DNA of 64,000 nt from assembly GCA_051362555.1 (NCBI GenBank), contig CM120647.1:19940651-20004650 (forward strand), written 5' to 3'. The notes under the pieces were generated by a model. The model saw nothing but the letters and a program-made list of their open reading frames with translations. It was not told the DNA's origin and did no database searches. This document shows positions 38,363-58,600 of this stretch, in pieces; position 1 is the first letter of the stretch; the number at the start of each line of letters is the position of its first letter. The stretch is from Lingula anatina (Eukaryota > Animalia > Brachiopoda). Both the position numbers and the translations under genes were made by a program.

Positions 38363-41300
38363 TAAAACTGTACATCATTTCTCGTATTGACTGATGCACG
38401 AATCGCTGATTAAAAACCAAGAGTGGTGAGAAGTAAGTCACGATTATTGCCTGCAGCTGGTATGGAGGATGCTCTTGTTGGTTATGCTTTAATGGCAGTT
38501 GGGAAATTGGGAATTGAAGAGAGAGGATGGGTCAAGTGATCAAGTGATGTTTTATATTGCTATGAAACATTAAAAATATAGCAGTACTGGAACAGGTTTC
38601 TAATTTTTGGAAATTTAAATTATTTCAGTGGAGTAAGACAAAGGATACTGAATCATCTTAATAACATTAAGTAGCATTCTTTTTTTTTTTTTTTTTTTTT
38701 TTTCTTTTAAGCAAAAAATTAAAGTTTTAACCATTTTCATTTTATACAGAAACATATATTTTGTCATTTAAAAGAGGAAATTATTTTTATTCAGTGGTGT
38801 CTTGCAGCTTTTATTTCTCTTTTAGAAAATTAAGATAAACATGATATTTTTTGCGTGAATTTTTATGTTATTTCAAAACTATTTGTTAGCTAATCTTTTT
38901 TCGACAAATCTATAAATTTGTCTATATCAGGATAATTTTTAATCCCCTAAAAAGTTATGCAGTCATAATTCAGTTCTAAGCAGTTGGGATTTTTTCTGCA
39001 GTTAAATTTAAAATATAACAGAATATATATTTTAAGATATTAAAATTTAAACATCCAGTAAGACAAGAACTGCCGGCACGTTGTTGTTTGGTCAGTGAAC
39101 AGTGATCTACAAACAGCGGTCAGAAGGTGCAGTTATTTCACAGAAAGAGGTCTTTAAGGTCACAGTTAAATATAATTGTTACTATGCACTTGGTCGAATA
39201 CCAGTGTTTGATGTGACATAATAGACTACTATATACGCTAGTATTTCAACGGCATATATACAAGGCTGGGCTGCAGTGCAGTTCTTCTGTGACATAATCT
39301 CCCGCAACATGTTTCATATTTTAATAGTCTGTTACAACATACTACACTGTTTCATGTTTTATGAGTAAGCAAGGGTTGTGGTTGCGGTATGGTATGGTGC
39401 TATAGTTTAACAACAAGGAACAATGGGTTTGTTTCATATTTAAAACCATACAGAGGATTTGGTTACAGTAAACTACGAGTGTGATGTAATTCGAACAAAA
39501 GTATCACCCAGTATGCCTCAATACCAGATGATTATACACAGCTATTATGTAAGCTGTACATGTTTTATAACACCAGGAAGACGCACCTTAGCATTCATAA
39601 ACATTTAAGAAAACACAGTTCACTTCTCAATGCAAATTTAGCCAAATAATCAACATGTTGTAATCTGTATTAAGCGAGTGGAGGTGTGTAAGAATTTTTG
39701 CATTAAGGAGAGGCAGGGTGTCTTTGTAAATGTAATGTTAACGTCAAAGCAGGTGTTTAATTAGGGTCGGCCGAGGGGTCAGTCCGTAGAGAAGCTATGG
39801 CATGGTACATCTTCATGGAGTGTGAAACTAGCTTTTGTTGCTTTCTGCACCAATGGTTGCATTGTAGTTTCTGCCAAAGAATTAAAGCGGTATTTCTCAC
39901 AATGAAGTGAAGATTATTACCGAGATGCTTCTGATAAACTTGGATTTCTTTTTAAATGACTTGGTTGCACAGCAGGTTGATGGTGTTAAGTAGAAATCTG
40001 TTTGTGTTTGCCCTTGGAAATGAAGGGCTAATGTGGCCCTTTAAAAGATAAAATGATTTAAAATTGGGGATCGGTTATAAGGGCTTCAGGTGCCTGGGAT
40101 GAATCAGTATGAGTCACTTAAATGAGCCTGTTTTATTCTGAAGAGGAAGCTTCTTATCATTTAGACAAATAGATATTATTTGTACATTATTTGTACATTT
40201 TAGTAGACTTTACAATTCAAATACATTCTGGCTTGAATTTGATCAAAACTTTTGGTCTTAAAGCTTAGACTAACTTTTATCATTTGATATCTTTGGTCAG
40301 ACTGATACTTGATGATGCAAAAAAAAGATGTCTGTAAAAGAGCAATGATCTCAGTTCATCACATCCTGACACAATGGTGATGTCACACCTGATGCAACTG
40401 TTTTAAAATAAGAGAGCTTTAAATTAAGAAGTTTTAATTTTTGTGAGGCAAGTTTTTGGGCCTGTGAATTAGGACAGCTCTGGAAAACTCTATCAGGAAG
40501 GAGGACAAAAAAGACCTAGAGGTAGACAAAGAAGTGCATTTTTCAACCAAAGTGTTGACTGAAGCTAGTTCACCTAATTTTGTAATTATAACTCTTCACA
40601 CAAAAATATATAGCATCTATAAGTAAGATTCTGGCCTAGGAGGGACCCAGTGCTGTATTTTAAAGGTATTAGTACTGCCCATATCCCTCTACTTGGTGTC
40701 CTAAGATTACATCAGTGCCCCTTGGGTCACATCCCATTCATATGTAACTCTTCATAGAAATATATAATAGCAACACCAACCTCCCAACCCAACCTGAGTC
40801 ACTCAACCTACTGAATAAAGACAGAGACTTCTTTTCAGACTGGCTCTCAGCTGTGAATGCATGTTGACAACGTGCACGCGACGGCACAGCGTGCTGTCCT
40901 TGGGGTGTTTATTTTGATAAGGTGTCTACCTTGTTGTAACAGTAGCAAAGGTCTTCCCTTGCCTCAGGTGTTTGAATTCTCCCCTAGCCTTCCGCCATTG
41001 TATCTGCACCTTGTGTGTTGAAGTATTAACAAAAAAAGCAATATGTTACACTGTAAATGAACTACGATTTGACTTTATTGGTTACCGCACATTGCGCTAA
41101 TTAAAGACTGAGTAAACAACTAATGGGTGCATGCGTTTAGTGGTCTGAACTGTGATTGGTCAGTTTACGTCATCTCTATTCGGTGGATTTCAGTACCTTT
41201 GTCTGGTAGTCTAGGCTTGGGTGAAAGAGCAAGACTTTAGAGTAGCAATTTTTGTAAAGTGTTTTGTACTGTAGGGGGTATACCAAGTATGCTGTCCCAA

Positions 41301-41593
41301 ATAACAAGCTTTGCTTCTTTTGGAGTAACTTCATATGACTTAAAGATTTTGAGCACCAGAAGTTTGCTTGGTTAAGTTTCACTAAAGAAACTTTAAACCA
41401 AAAGTTAGCCTTTATACCACACTGTTTTTATTTTATTATTTAATTTTTAATTTTTTATTTTTTAGTAAATCCACATTATTATGTGGCCATTGTTTCTGGT
41501 AATGGCTTCATGAATCTGTGAATTTTCTATTCTAGACTAGTGTATTTGTTAAGTAACAGTTTCTCTGCCCCCTCCCCAACACACACACATGCA

Positions 41594-41625
<32 letters not shown>

Positions 41626-44600
41626 GCCTTTGCCATTCCCAACCAGGCTGCATGTAATACCAGCCCAGAGCACTTATTGTGGATGAACCAAGTAAGGAGA
41701 AAATACACAGGAACCAAACCAGCCAATCATCTTAGTTGAAGATGAGCATTGTTTATCCGCCTTAGAGGTTAAGATAAAAGCAGATTATTTATTTACCTTG
41801 CAAGGTTTTGGTCTCAATTTCTTGTTTTTAAACCCAAAGGGATGTGTATTCATAGCACTTGCTGTGGGCAAGAATTTGTTCAATTTTCCTCTTACCTGAT
41901 GAGGTTTTGACCATGCATTTCCCTCACAAATTGGACAGGAATTTGCCTTACTTGCTATTTACCCAGCAAGTGTTTGATTAGGATTTCTTTAGTTTAGGAT
42001 TTTACATTTCATACTAATTGGACAAGAATTTGACCAGGTAGATCAGATAACCCACATTTTGAGGTGGCATTTGTACTTTACATGGGGACTAGAATTGGTA
42101 AATGTAGGATACTAGTTCTTCATGTTTTTTTTTTTTTTTTTTTTAATCCAAACCAGTAATTCTTCTTTCCACTTCAATAAACATCCCTAGGGCAAAACAA
42201 ATGGTTGTCCTTGTTCTGAACTCTCTGTACATTAACTAGGAATTGTTTTGTAAGTCTTGAAGGTTTAGATGGAAATGCATGTTAAGTAAAACACCTCAGA
42301 TGTCTGTGTTTTTTTTAAGGTTCTTGTATTGGTAGATGTGGTTTGTAATTATTCAGAATGGTAAAATAAAACTTTTTTCTTTGGCATCAGCTTTCTATGT
42401 CCTGTAGCATTTTTCCATAGAGTATTTGGATGCCTGAAAAGAAAATGGAATTATCAAGAAATTCTTTGCACAATTATCTCTATATTTATTTATAAATAAT
42501 GTTTATTATCATCATTATTATGTCATTTATTTTATTTTAATTTAATTATTATTATTATTACTTTTTTTTTTTTTTTTTTTGCCAATAAAGGTATTACGTG
42601 CCAGTAACAAGTATACAGGGTAGTGTGCTTGGTCACCATGACAACAAACTATTTCTGTATCAAACTGTGAACAAGGTGCTGATGTCAGCATTAATGCTGT
42701 AATCTCGTCATTCTGCAGGGCATTAATTCCCATTTTCTCAGAACACGTTGCAAATTTAGCCATCAACATATTAATCTTCAGTGCAAACATAACAATTTAT
42801 CTTCTAGATGTTGTTAATGACTGTTCTTTATGGGCTGTTACACAACAGAGCCAAGAGTGTTTTCCCAGAATTTGGGTAAAGGTGATCATATTAACCATGA
42901 GTCAACCTATTTTTTTTTTAATCTTTGTTTAGTTTCTGAAGTGCACTTGTTACTGTGAGCCTGTATTTTGTACTCAGGCAGATGTTTTTAACATCAATGC
43001 AAAGTTTCTGGGTTACCTGCTCATGGAGAAAAGTTGTAAAGAAAACCTTGTTGGCTACTTGGATAAAAGAGAAAAAAAAATTGAGAAAGAAATTAGTTTG
43101 GGAGTTCTTTGTGCCTAAATAGTAATACTGTTAATAGATTTCAATTAGTTGTTTTTTCTTTGACTGATTAATTGATTTATGTTGCTATCATTCACTCTTG
43201 TAAGAATTGGAAGATGATTCTTTGCAAGGAAGTTATTAGGAAGTATTAAATGTCATCACAGGAGATACTAGTAAAACCTCTGAAAGAATCTTCTTGGGCT
43301 ATATTTAGCTTTTAATTCAGATTTGAAGATTGGCATGATATTCACTATCAGATCAGCTTTAGGCCTGTAGCCAGCAGCTTCATAGGAGAGTGGAGTTTTT
43401 TTTTTTTTTTTTTTTAAGTGGACGTTTGTACCATGATACTGACTAATACCTGGTAGGACCTAGATCAAATTTTGATTCAGAGCAGATCTTTTCACAGCCA
43501 AAAGGATGATGTTTCAGAAACCCCGTCTTCCAAAAATTATGAGGATAAAGAATTCCCTACTGGCTTCCTGTGTGATAGGTGGATAGGTTATAGGGTAGAA
43601 CTGATAATGGCTGGTATTTCAAGGTGTCTGGGCTGAAAAGGGCAAATATCTGTGATATATGCAACAGCCATATCAACAATGTTACAAAGATGCAATCCCG
43701 TAACCAGCAATATTAAAAAAGTGGACCTTTTACCATGAAACCTACATGTACCTTCATAAAATTTTACCCAGAGGGGACCTTTTCCTGACAAAAAGAGGGG
43801 GTTCTTTGAAACTCCGAAATTCCCGAACCCCACCCCTGGCTACCGGCCATGAAGATGTATGAATCAGGGTATTATTAGCAAACGAGTGAAAACACTGTAG
43901 TTTTTAATACAGTAGTACTATATAGTCAGTGCAGTGTTGACGTCAAATGGCTAGGGTATTTTAGACATTAGGTGGGAGTGATAGATTTGAAAACAAGACT
44001 GGTTTAGGTGATAGTAATTGGACTGCTCATGGGAGTTTTCCCTTGCTATATTTTATCAATGAATATACAGAACATAACTGAGAGTAAGTGATTTTGAATT
44101 GTTGAAATCAGTATGACATTTTTTTTATAAAGAAGGGATGAAGGTGAAATAAAGAACGGAAAACCCCAAGAAGTGAATTTGTTAGAATAAATAAATAAAA
44201 ATTGGTAACAAGTTTCTTAGAGGATGTGCCACAGACATTTCCTCTTGAAATGAAATGCATTCCAGTAAAAACAGTATTAGTTGTAAGTTCCCTGCTTAGG
44301 AGCAATAATGGCAACATGGATACACAAAGGAAGGAGGTGGAATACAATTTGTATCTATCTGGCTGGCAATACAGTACACCATGACTCTGGATCTTTAACA
44401 TGTGGAAGTAAGTAAGACTGGCAGCCAGGTGAGATACCCAGGTTTTCATAGATCTACTTAAGTTGATCTGTTCTCACAGCATACAAGTTCATTTGGTAGA
44501 GGTGATGGAGTTATAATCAGACATGAGCTTTTCAATTCCGATGGCTTCTTCTGAGATTTTTTTTTTTTTTTTTACCAGGCTCATGTCTGTATAATCAGAA

Positions 44601-45590
44601 CTTTGAAACATTCAGTTCTTTTTCTTTTTTTATTTTAATATGACATTTTATTTTGTGATTTTTAATGTTTTTCTTTAAATTCTTCCCCTATGTCACCTCT
44701 GGTACCTTCCCAGTTTTGTAGTTTACTGGAGACTCTCTGTAGTTCTCAGTATATATTTCTCCCAGTAGAGGTGAGTTAATCAGGGCCTGGAAACTCAGGG
44801 CACATTTGACCCAAAGGGAAGTAACATAAAACTGATGAGTGCAGCATATTACTGGGTAAAGTGCCAAGGATCACTGCAAACACTCCCGGTAATTCTGAAA
44901 ATCCTGGTAATTGGGTTGGAATGTTCTGGACCAGCTTGTCGTATCTCTGAGGTAGCTGAAAGTGATACAGGTACAGGTGCGTGTGTAGACTCAAGGAAAT
45001 GTTATGAATTACTCATCAACTTCCGGAAACCACAAGTCATTTTTGTTTTTTTGTTGTTTTTATTTTTTCTCACTCTCCTGCTTGATGAGGTGTCATCCAT
45101 GTGGGCAGAGAGCTATAAAAAGGCAAGCGAGTGAGTTTCTTTCATACGCTCAACAGAGAGCAAGAGAGAGAGAGAGCGAGAAACAGAGAGAGACAAGATA
45201 ACACAGATTACTGGAGTATTTATACAGCGTAGGGGTACATAAATCTGAAAATGTTGATGTTTTTTATGCTGATGATGAGAGGGTATAGGGCCCAAGGAAA
45301 ACCGGAGAAAAAGAGAAAAAGTCATTGCAAAAGATCAAAGGCAGCTTACCACAGAAAGAATAAGTTGCACACAAAGCCTGGGAAAACACAAGAAGGCAGG
45401 GCAATAGATTCCAGAAGTATGTGTCATTATGTACATGTATGTGTAGGAGCTTTCTGTGTTTGTCAGATACCTGTATATGTTTTTATTTACCATGAGTGAA
45501 GTGATTAAAATGTAAGTGATCAATTTCATCTATAGAATATGCACAGGTGCATGTTATTAATATATGGAATTGTACAGGGGTTTGTGTGAT

Positions 45591-45631
<41 letters not shown>

Positions 45632-46082
45632 AAAAAACATTTGTGTGTTTCTTTATACAATGAGTCCATGAGGTGGTCATTTACTTCTGTGGATTGTACA
45701 TGAATGAATAATACATGTATAAGTACACAAAATCTATATGTGAGGATTTTTTAATTTCTGAATGCTTCTAGGATACTTGTATGTTTTTATTTGCTGCTAG
45801 ATGACTTGTATGCTGAATACTGCTAGGATACTCTATATTTTATTTACTGCTAGGTGACTATCATCCTTTTAGCCAATTTCATCTGTACATAAGTTTATGT
45901 TATTTTATATTTTTGCCAGGAACTTCCGCAAGACATCTTCCGATTTTTCTCATCAGCTTTTTTTTTCAGAGGAGAAAATAATTCAGTATAACCTACATCT
46001 ACATCTGTTTAAGAGTATCATCCACAACATTAATTAAATGTTTTTGCATTTTATTTCATTCCTACATGTTTCTCTCCTGCAG

Positions 46083-51242
<5,160 letters not shown>

Positions 51243-54200
51243 GACAAATAGCTTTGGATGATTTGAGCATGTCCTTTTTAGGACCACCTGTGCTGCCCAT
51301 GGGGGTTTGAGCATGCAGGCACATTTCTTGTGTTATAATTAACTGCAGGCAGTCAAGTGGTCAGTTATTTTGACTGGTCAGTGTCCAGTTTAGTAACTTC
51401 ATGCTGGATATCATCATATTACTGTGATATTTATTTGTTGTTGATGGTGTTGGTGTAAATGTCGGTTTACTTTTCTTATAACTTTCCATGATTGTAACAC
51501 TTGTGGTGTACCATGTAGAATAATTCTGCATTGCAATTTCTTGAAGCCTGAATAGGGAATTCAGGGCAAAGGGCTAATTTTCTACTGGTGTTGTTCTCAC
51601 CATGTGATAGCAAACCGTCCAATCACATCTATTTTTGAATGATCCTAGTTGTAGAACTTGAAACACTTTATGACAGGAAGTTATGTATTGGAACGCCATT
51701 GTTTGTCACAGCTAACACAATTGCAAGAGAGCAAGCAAAAGGAAATCCATGACATATTTTTCAGATCCAATAAATATGCCCAAACATTTAAAAAGAATAC
51801 TGCATTGTAGACAAAAACAAAATTTAATTTTATAACCTTTCCCACATTTCTCATCCAAATTAGATATAAATAGCACTTTTTTCAGAGTTGAAAAGAACAG
51901 AGAAAAAGATATGATAAAATATCACTAATGCTAAATATTTCCTAATTGGGTACAGTCTTCCTTTTTATCTTTGCATTTTTCTATTCAGGAAAAAATTATA
52001 ATGAGCTGTAATTCCAAATATAGTTGGTCTCTGAAAACAAGAACCAACGTGAGAAAAACTTTGCATTTGAAAATTAATTTCTGTGCAAATCCCATTCCCA
52101 GGTATGTGGCAGCTACATGACCAATAGACAAGAAGCTAAGTCAGATTTCAAAATATTACAAATATGTATATGTACAGTGTATGTATATTTGAATATTTAT
52201 ATGCTATCGATTATTCTCTTTGAAGGATATAACCATTTAGCAATATATAAGGAATATAAATGAATTATATTTAGCAACATATTTTTAGCAAAGGCAATGT
52301 TATGCATAGAGATAATCAGGATGAAAAATCAGTGATATTAATCAACTTGATGTGGACAATCATATAAACTTTTAACTGCTCCTGCAATCCAGATTACCAC
52401 AATCTTGTATAGAAAAACTCTCCTTGGCTTTGAACTCAAGTCTCTTGCCCTGTCAAAGTCTTATGATTTTATAGTTTAATCTACAAACTTGTAGTTTATC
52501 TCTCTTTGATTTAAAAATATGTAGATTTAGTCCTTTTTAACCCTAGGAGTTTAGAGCTTAGTCACACAATACGTGTGCGTGTAAATATGCATTTGTTTTA
52601 GTTAATATTGTAGTACGTAGAACTTGGTTTACGTACGTTCCTTTACCTGAGAACTTGCTCAATAATGAGAGGGTTCTCACTGGAGACTTGGGGAATGCTG
52701 GGATACGTCGGCAGCTCAGTCATTGGCTCGAACTAATCTTTGTATTTGTTATGGAATTCTTAGTTGATTTACACTGTAAAATTTCAGAGAGGCTTTACAA
52801 CCTGCTAGATGTTCAAATTCCGAATTATATATTTAATTAATGAGGCTATACATTATAATGATGAACTATACACAAAAAACAATTGCATATGAGGAAGCTC
52901 AGCTGGTAACCTATTAGTTCTTGAAGAGCACCAAAAATCTGACCAAGTTGACATTTTTCCGTGCTGTTCCCCATTTCACCAGTGGTAATCCTCTGTAGGT
53001 TTGCAATATGTGTATTCTGTAAATAGAGCACCTTGCGCATGCTTCTTTATCTGACCTACTGTTTGGTTTTATTGTGGACATTTCTTCCATTTACTTAGTG
53101 AAGAGGACTTGCAGCTACAGGATTTTGTTAAATAGAGAGGCGCGGACCAAATAATAATATGAATATATAAAAAAACATGATAATTTTACTATAATATGTA
53201 GGCAAAAAATTGGTTGGCTGTGCCTATTTCCTTAAGTCATGCTTTTTTGGAGAGGGTGACATTGAGTAAGGTGTGGGAGTACCCTGCTCTAAACCCACCC
53301 CAACCCCCAAAAGATCCAGCTTGAAGAGTTCATAATTGGACACTGGGGTGAGATACAGGAGGGGGTGTTGAAAGTTGGGTTGGTTTTCCTAGTGCAGACT
53401 TCAACTGTTGTTTACTAACTCTGTCATATTGCTTTACGTAGGGCTAGTAAATTAAATCTTGAGGCTAATAGAGGAGCCAATTAGTTGTATGATAATGTGG
53501 CACAATGGCTCCCGCATCATCCCCATTAAAGAGAATGACCATGAATCATGCCACTGTTCAACAAAAGTGGTGTTTTCCAGGTAGATCACTTGTGCAAACC
53601 TCAGTGTACATAACATAATCCCAGACAATAAGAGTTGAAATTTATCTTCAATATTTGCCTAATGATATCAAAACTTGTACATTCGGCTAAAGTGAATATA
53701 GCATAATACTTCCAATGTTGCAATCTTATGCAAGAGATTTCAGCATGTGCTTGGTCCTGACTCGCCCATTTCAGGGCCACCTGACTTTTTGGTTATGCCC
53801 AGTCCTCCAGCAGCACTAATATATGGTGTTTACCTTCAGTTCCAATATACAGGTGAATGCTTACTAGAAAACATGTCAGTCTTTTTAATTATCTAATGGT
53901 TTATATGGTTGGATATTTATGTATCTATCTGTTGTAGTTTAATTTTAGTTTCATCTGTCGCACTTAATTCATCTGATAAAGGCAGAGCTTGCCAAAGGAA
54001 TGCCTTTATATATTACAGTTGATACATGGTAATTTATATTTCTGTACATAGTTTAATTGAGCCCTTGTTTTATTTTTATCTGAGTTTTTGACAATATTGT
54101 AATATGTGGTTTTTGTGACTCATACAGAGTGAATATATAAAAACATACTATACATATACTGTACATGTACTAGTATACCTGAAATATATTTGTTAAAAAT

Positions 54201-55489
54201 ACAGTATTTTTATCAAGTTTTAGTGTTATATACATATTCCATGTTACTTATAAATGACCTCTCTATAGAAAGGGCAAAGGTGAATTAGATTTTCTACAGG
54301 CATACATATTCAAAGTTGACCTGGGTGTAAAGTTGACCCAAAGATAGGTCCATTTTCACTAAAATACTTAAGACCAGTAATGGTGGTTTTAATCAGATCA
54401 AAGTTAATGCCCATATCCCTGTAGCTGTCTTTAATATTAGCTGCTTTTTGTTTTCATATTATGTTTTATTTCATTTTTATTAAATTGTTATTATTTTTAC
54501 TTTATAACAAAAAGGACCAAAAGTTTAACTTGAATTTTTTTTATTGTATTTATATTTATTTAATTCCATTATTCACAAACCAAGCACAGTAGTTTATATC
54601 ATTCTAATAGACAACTACTGAATTATCTTTGGTCACAGAATACTATATGTTTTGGTACGTTGATAAAGACCAACAGTCTGTTGTGAGATCTGTGAAACTG
54701 GACTTATGGTAATGTTTACTGTAATTTGCATCTGGGAAACAAAGTGTATACAGGTTTGCCCCAACACAATATATTTAGTAAATATCCGTCCACCTATAAC
54801 AGTATAAGCAGATGATTATAGAAATATTTGAAGAATTATCTATTTACATATAAAATGGTTTACACAAACGATAAAGATAGTTCCGTCCCATAGTTTTACA
54901 TTGGTGGTACAAATTCTAATAATTACAATTATACATGTATAATTACTCATCACATGTATTTCAAACTCTTCTTATGTCAGACCATTTATCCTTTCAGTCA
55001 TTGCATGTTTAGTGTTCACAATAGTAAAATATAGGATTATAAACTCAAGTGCTGTATTTCTTTTTATTATTATTATTTATTCTTTTATAAGTCCAAATAA
55101 AATGTTTTCAGTGTTGATCAAAAATTGTGAGTAGTAAATGTAATGGACTACCCCAATCCGTCCGTTTACTCTGAATGTCAACTTGCTTATGGTAATATTG
55201 TATATGTATATTGTATACAGTATTGTTATGTACGGGAAATGGTACATGCATTCCTGATGTTGTCATAATGTCACGTGACTCAACACAGTATGGGCGTGGC
55301 AGTTATAAGACAATAAATCTGACAAAAATATTTACTCCTTCCCACTGTCTTGTTATTAAAAAATGGCTGTTTTAATAAAAAAAAATTCTTTTTTATCAGT
55401 TCATCACAAGTATGCAAAAACTGAGAGCATCCAGCTGAACAAAAGTCAGTATTTTTCCAAGAACCAGTTAGTGCATTGGATATAGCTGT

Positions 55490-55625
55490 ACTGCAGCTTT
55501 CACCCAGCACCTGCTCCTTAAAACGTAGAGGCTCTGCGTGGTTTCTCTGTGCAGATATACTACGAGCTAATTCATGTATTGTGACTGCTGTCTCTTTGTG
55601 GATGTGGAATTCTCCCAGTACAGCG
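55490..55625 (-). pseudogene. Decayed TPR repeat relic downstream of the stop codon
   Basis: A different frame reads VLGEFHIHKETAVTIHELARSISAQRNHAEPLRFKEQVLGESCSTAI, the same repeat with indels. Confidence 0.75.
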
Positions 55626-55640
55626 TATCTACTTCTACAT

Positions 55641-58600
55641 CTATAAACAAATACAGCACGCTCTGGGTTTACAATCTGTATCATTTATTGAGCTAGATCT
55701 TGTATCTTGTTGCGACTTTCTCCGAGCCAGAGCTGAATTTCCCATCTGACTCATTTTGTGACGTACGTTGGGCAGCACAATGGGTGTATAGCCACTTTCA
55801 CCCAAAAGTGGTACATCTATGCGTAGAGCTCGGAGTTCTTCTGCATAGTTTTCTTGTGCACGAGTTAATTCATGTTCTGTGACTGCTGTCTGTTCATGGC
55901 ATTCTCCCAGTATCTTTTCCTTCATAGCCAGAGCTCTCCTGAGGACGTCCATAGCACCGGCTGTATTGCCAATCTTTATCATTTCAGTACCTATGTTGTG
56001 TAGTGTATTGGCTGTACTGTTACTTTCACCCAGCACTTGTTCCTTTATACAAAGAGCTCTTTGATGTGTCCTGAGGGCCTCTTCATGGTTTGCCTGTGCA
56101 GATATGCCACGAGCCAATTCATGTATTGTGCCTGCTGTATCTTCATGGTATTCTCCCAGTATCTTCTCCTTCATAGCCAAAGCTCTCTTAAAGGCATCCA
56201 CAGCACCGTCTACATTGCCCATCTCCATCATTTCATGACCTATATTATTTAGAGTAGTAGCTGTTTCTTGACTCTCACCCAACACTTGTTCCTTAATACA
56301 AAGAGCTCTCTGGTATGTAATAAGAGCCTCTGCGTGGTTTCCCTGTGCAGATATGGCACGAGCCAATTCATGTATTGTGCCTGCTGTATCTTCATGGTAT
56401 TCTCCCAGTATCTTCTCCTTCATAGCCAAAGCTCTCTTAAAGGCATCCACAGCTTCGTCTACATTGCCCATCTCCATCATTCCATGACCTATATTATTTA
56501 GAGTAGTAGCTGTTTCTTGACTCTCAACCAACACTTGTTCCTTTATACAAAGAGCTCTTTGATATGTCCTGAGGGCCTCTTCATGGTTACCCTGTGCAGA
56601 TATGGCACGAGCTAGTTCATGTATTGTGCCTGCTGTATCTTCATGGTATTCTCCCAGTATCTTCTCCTTCATAGCCAAAGCTCTCTTAAAGGCATCCACA
56701 GCACCGTCTACATTGCCCATCTCCATCATTTCATGACCTATATTATTTAGAGTAGTAGCTGTTTCTTGACTCTCACCCAACACTTGTTCCTTAATACAAA
56801 GAGCTCTCTGGTATGTAATAAGAGCCTCTGCGTGGTTTCCCTGTGCAGATATGGCACAAGCCAATTCATGTATTGTGCCTGCTGTATCTTCATGGTATTC
56901 TCCCAGTATCTTCTCCTTCATAGCCAAAGCTCTCTTAAAGGCATCCACAGCACCGTCTGTATTGCCTGTCTCTATCATTTCATGACCTATGTTGTGCAGC
57001 GTAACGGCTGTATTAAGACTTTCACCCAGCACTTGTTCCTCTATACGTAGAGCTCTTTGATATGTCCTGAGGGCCTCTTCATGGTTTCCCTGTGTAGATA
57101 AGGCACGAGCTAACTCGTTTAGTGTGGTTGCTGTCTGTTCATCATATTCTCCCAGTATCAACTCACTCATAGCCAAAGCTGTCCTGAAAACATCCACAGC
57201 ACCTTCTGCATTGCCTAGCTCAATCATTACCTGCCCCATGCAGTTGAGTGTACAGGCCATGCTGCGACTTTCACCCAATACTTGTTCCTTTATGTGTACA
57301 GCTCTTTTGTATGTACTGAGGGCCTCTGCGTAGTTTGCCTGTGCAGCTAGTGCATGGGCTAGTTCATGTATTGTGACTGCTGTGCTTTCGTGATATTCTC
57401 CCAGTATCTTCTGCTTCATAACCAAAGCTTGCTTGAGGACATCCTCAGCACCTTTTGCATTGCCCAGCTTTATCATTTCCTGACCAATGCAGTGCAGAGT
57501 ACTTGCTGTGCTGCGGCTTTCACCCATCACTTGCTCCTTTATACGTAGAGCTCTCTGGTATGTACTGCGGGCCTCTTCATGGTTTCCCTGTGCAGATATG
57601 GCACGAGCCAATTCATGTATTGCGCCTGCTGTATCTTCATGGTATTCTCCCAGTATCTTCTCCTTCATAGTCAAAGCTCTCTTAAAGGCATCCACAGCAC
57701 CGTTTGTATTGCCCGTCTCTATCATTTCATGACCTATGTTGTGCAGCGTAGCGGCTGTATTACGACTTTCACCCAGCACTTGTTCCTCTATACGTAGAGC
57801 TCTTTGGTATGTGTCGAGGGCCTCTTCATGGTTTCCCTGTGCAGATAAGGCACGAGCTAACTCGTTTAGTGTGGTTGCTGTCTGTTCATCATATTCTCCC
57901 AGTATCAACTCACTCATAGCCAAAGCTGTCCTGAAAACATCCACAGCACCTTCTGCATTGCCTAGCTCAATCATTACCTGCCCCATGCAGTTGAGTGTAC
58001 AGGCCATGCTGCGACTTTCACCCAATACTTGTTCCTTTATGTGTACAGCTCTTTTGTATGTACTGAGGGCCTCTGCGTAGTTTGCCTGTGCAGCTAGTGC
58101 ATGGGCTAGTTCATGTATTGTGACTGCTGTGCTTTCGTGATATTCTCCCAGTATCTTCTGCTTCATAACCAAAGCTTGCTTGAGGACATCCTCAGCACCT
58201 TTTGCATTGCCCAGCTTTATCATTTCCTGACCAATGCAGTGCAGAGTACTTGCTGTGCTGCGGCTTTCACCCATCACTTGCTCCTTTATACGTAGAGCTC
58301 TCTGGTATGTACTGCGGGCCTCTTCATGATTTCCCTGTGCAGATATGGCACGAGCCAATTCATGTATTGCGCCTGCTGTATCTCCATGGTATTCTCCCAG
58401 TATCTTCTCCTTCATAGCCAAAGCTCTCTTAAAGGCATCCACAGCACCGTTTGTATTGCCCGTCTCTATCATTTCATGACCTATGTTGTGCAGCGTAGCG
58501 GCTGTATTACGACTTTCACCCAGCACTTGTTCCTCTATACGTAGAGCTCTTTGGTATGTGTCGAGGGCCTCTTCATGGTTTCCCTGTGCAGATAAGGCAC

